A DNA stretch of 64,000 bases from Callorhinchus milii (Eukaryota). The translations under genes and the position numbers were made by a program. Every line of letters starts with the position of its first letter. Position 1 is the first letter of the stretch. Below the pieces are notes generated by a model. That model had not been told where the DNA came from. It made no database searches and worked only from the letters and a program-made list of their open reading frames with translations. The stretch covers positions 41,914,001 to 41,978,000 of the forward strand of contig NW_024704742.1 of NCBI RefSeq assembly GCF_018977255.1, given 5' to 3'. Positions 60,791 through 64,000 of the stretch are shown one piece after another.

Positions 60791-63059
60791 CACCAGTTTA
60801 GTTTTACATGCATCTTTCTTTTTACATTTCATTCTATCAGTTAATCTTGCAGCTCCACTGTGAAAGACACTCATTAGATTTTGCTTCTCCAAATTTCACA
60901 AAGCATATATTCATGAATTTGTTTTTGTGTTTAAATACTCAGTCAATAAGAGCAACTTTATCTCTTTGACCTCTGCAATAAATTATTCTGATGCCTGGAT
61001 ACTCTAACTCAACACTTTCAGGCTCTCAGTGGTTCCCAGTCACTGATATCCCCACTACCAGGTTCTTAGTGTTTGCACCTTCACGCTATCAGCACTCAAG
61101 CACTACTGACTGACTCGCATTCTCGTTCTTGGTACTTGCACCTCCCTCCCCTGCACACTTGTATCTGTAGGCTGTCAGACCTTCCCTGATCACATTCTTA
61201 ATGCTTGGCACTGCTACTAGGCACAAGTTCTCCAACTCTCTGGCTCTGGCAACTCACAGATATACAAGCAATACCATTGAAATTTTAAAAACCTAACACC
61301 ACTTTAATAAAGCTCTGCAGGGAAGCCAGACACAACATCCTCACATACCTGAAACTGTTCCAAATCCAAAGTAAGACGCGTGTGGCTGTCTTTCATAATG
61401 AATGACAATTTAAAACTCCCACCATCATCTGCTTTCTTATTGGGAAGCTAGAAAATAGAAGACAGTAAACCATCCGACAGGATGAGATCATCATTGAGAA
61501 GCAATGCGGTCGATTTGGCTATAGCTCATGCCCGGCACTGCGCTGGGTTGCAGCTGGCATCAATCAGATGCCATCCCTACTGGAAGCATGCAGGGTGATG
61601 AACAACCTTGAGATCACCTGCCTTTTCAAAACAGTGAATATACCTTGTTGACAGATTAGGATAGAAGCAATCCTAGTGAGTTCGCAGTACTGTGGTAGCC
61701 TTTTCAACTGGCTGTTATCTATAAGGGTGTGGATATATAACTTGCTGCTGTGGCTGTAGGCCAGATAACTACAAATAGGTTTTCCGAGATTCATAAAGGC
61801 TAAAATTGGCAGTATAACAATAGTGGTTTAGATCATTATTGATGAGCTGACTCTGGTATTTGGGTGGAATCCAAGCTGGAGGTGGATGACAAAAGATGCA
61901 ATTTTGCAGTTATTTACATGCCAATTTTATATTCCTCCAGTTTTCTAAATCTAGCACCATGGCCAATATTAAACTGTTAACGACTGGATTATAGATGCCA
62001 TGGTGCCATTCAGTGAAGAAATAACTAAGTTCAAAGCTTGTTACATCAAAGGCACTTTAATGCAATTCACAGTGCCTTAATCCTCAAGGAACGCAATACC
62101 TTCTCCAGTACTGCTGAAAACAGCTGTGTATATCTATATTTGGTATACGTAAACCATAAATCTACCAACAACGAAATCTTACTCTGCCGGCAAGTAACTT
62201 AACATTGGGGCATTGTGTTTGCAGGATTTTTTTGGTCAGCTAAAACCAGATAAAACCGCACAACCTGTCGTAGAAAGTATTGTCTGGCAAGCTTCATGCT
62301 GCTTGTTCAGCTAGGACCACCTGAACCATTAGGGCTTTGTGTTGCAGAGTTAGCAGGAGCTGAGTTGTTAAAATCCCTGCAAATCAATCTGCCATTCCAA
62401 GTCCTACCAATGAGCCAGGCTGACTGGTCAGTTATTTAGCAGCAACCTGGAGTACTGTGGACATGCTTGGCTCAGGAACTTGACTACTGAGACCGCCTCA
62501 GAGGGTTGGCTTGATACCAATATTCCGTTGCCAAACATGTCACTCTAGAGCCAGTTCAGTCAGACCCCACTTACCTCACACCAAGTAGGATGAGTTTGCT
62601 GAAGAAGGAAACTATATTGTAACTTTATTTGATCTATTTAGTTTCTGTCAAAAAAGTTATGTAGTTGTGATCCAACTTACCTGAATGATTACAAATGCTG
62701 TGCATTTCATTTCTTTACAATTGTTAGAAAATAACCTTTCATATTTTCCGGCAGGAAGAGTGCTTCAGAATCACAACGATAAATAAGTATGTGATGAATT
62801 TGCTCAGATCTGGATGGCCATTTCAAAGCACAAATATACAATCCTGTTGTCTTAAATTTGGGAAAAGTGTTAAACTTAGTTTTAATTTGTTGCTGATTTT
62901 CCGCAATTCTTAGCAATATGTATTCGATTTACAATTCACCTCAAGATCCTTGGAAAGAACCAAGGAAACCTAGGAAAGAAAAATAGCCAAGCTTCACATT
63001 CCTGTTTGCCTGCCAATCTCATACTGGAAAGTGTATGTATGGACATTGAGTGCGGACAG

Positions 63060-64000
63060 GATTACGTTTGGTTATGATGTTCCAAAGTTCAAATAGAGTG
63101 CCAAAACTCTTTGGCATCTATTACTGGATAGAAAGTTAGCTAGGGTACAGAATACAGAATAGGGTAAATGGATGGTTTTAAGACTGGAGGGATGCAAACA
63201 GCAGTGTCCCACAGGGATCAATGACAACAACAGCATGCATTTATATAGCGCCTTCACGGAGATTAACATTCAGAGTGCTTTACAGTGACGTGGATGGATG
63301 CTGAGGAAAGAAATGGGGAAAGGCAAGGTTGAAGAACTGATGCAAGTGGTAGAGTTTTGGATAAGTTTAAGTTTTTAGATGACAGAACTTGGGATACCAG
63401 CACATTAGAAAGTCCAGCCAGGAGGTGACAAAGTCGTGAATAAAGATTTTGGAGCAAAGGTTAATATACACAAATATAGACAAAGCAATGGAATCCTAAC
63501 TTTATAATGGGGTGATAGAATAGAACAGTAAAGAGGTAATACTAAATCTGTACAGATAATTATTTGGGAAACAGTTGGGGTATCATGTCCAGTTTTTGGC
63601 ACCTCACTATGAGAAAGCTGTCAAGGCCATACAGAGGGTGCAGAGGAGATTCAGTAGGGATACAAGATTTCACTTATGAGGAAAGACTGAAGAAAGACAC
63701 GAAAAATTGAGAGAAGACCTGATTGAGGCTTTTAAAATTATGAAGGATTTTGATGAGATATTATTTAATTGCTTGGCAAGTCAGTGACTGGAAAACATAG
63801 ATTAAAGGTAACTATCAAAAGACCAAAGGGAAGGTTTGGGATAATTTATTTTATATAGAGGGCTGTTGAGATGTGGATTGTCCTACCTGGAACCCTGGAT
63901 GATGCAGAATCCATATTGTCTTTTAATAGGGAATGACAGAAGTTAAAAGCTGGAAAGGAGAAATCAGAAAAGTAATGAGGAGAGGCAAGAAAATTGGACT
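63060..64000 (+). mobile_element. Old CR1 RT and 3' region with a nested minus-strand L2 tail (about 63223-63420)
   Basis: SVPQGS (gtgtcccacagggatca), SKEVILNLY, VQFLAPHYEK.VKAIQRVQRRF, DLIEAFKIMKDFD and FI.RAV. Runs off the end of the window. Confidence 0.85.

Noticed and set aside
1..64000. CRISPR array, operon or prokaryote-type defence system
   Set aside because: No regularly spaced repeat-spacer array and no long intact ORFs. The sequence is vertebrate-type repeat-rich DNA.

Overview
Eukaryotic, AT-rich, repeat-dense, non-genic-looking window (large intron or intergenic DNA). The repeat content suggests a cartilaginous fish, probably a chimaera (inference, not verified). I could not support any host protein-coding exon or true RNA gene, and the recognisable ORFs are transposon remnants. 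Main content: (1) a fairly young 5'-truncated CR1 LINE at 3845-5952 with recognisable reverse-transcriptase motifs, plus many older CR1 and L2 fragments; (2) a young tRNA-Ala-headed SINE with CORE-like, Deu-like and L2-tail modules, plus older Deu-domain SINEs; (3) a Tigger/pogo-like MITE in two copies; (4) Penelope-like pieces, one a palindrome containing an apparently intact minimal hammerhead ribozyme motif at 48651-48687; (5) an old LINE RT relic in which the same RT subdomain appears twice. The most notable oddities are the hammerhead candidate, a perfect 27-bp inverted copy of nearby DNA inside a SINE, 26-bp direct repeats around a Penelope-like segment, and unnamed old repeat families. 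No novel protein-coding system is evident. Boundaries of old repeats are approximate and were judged by eye.
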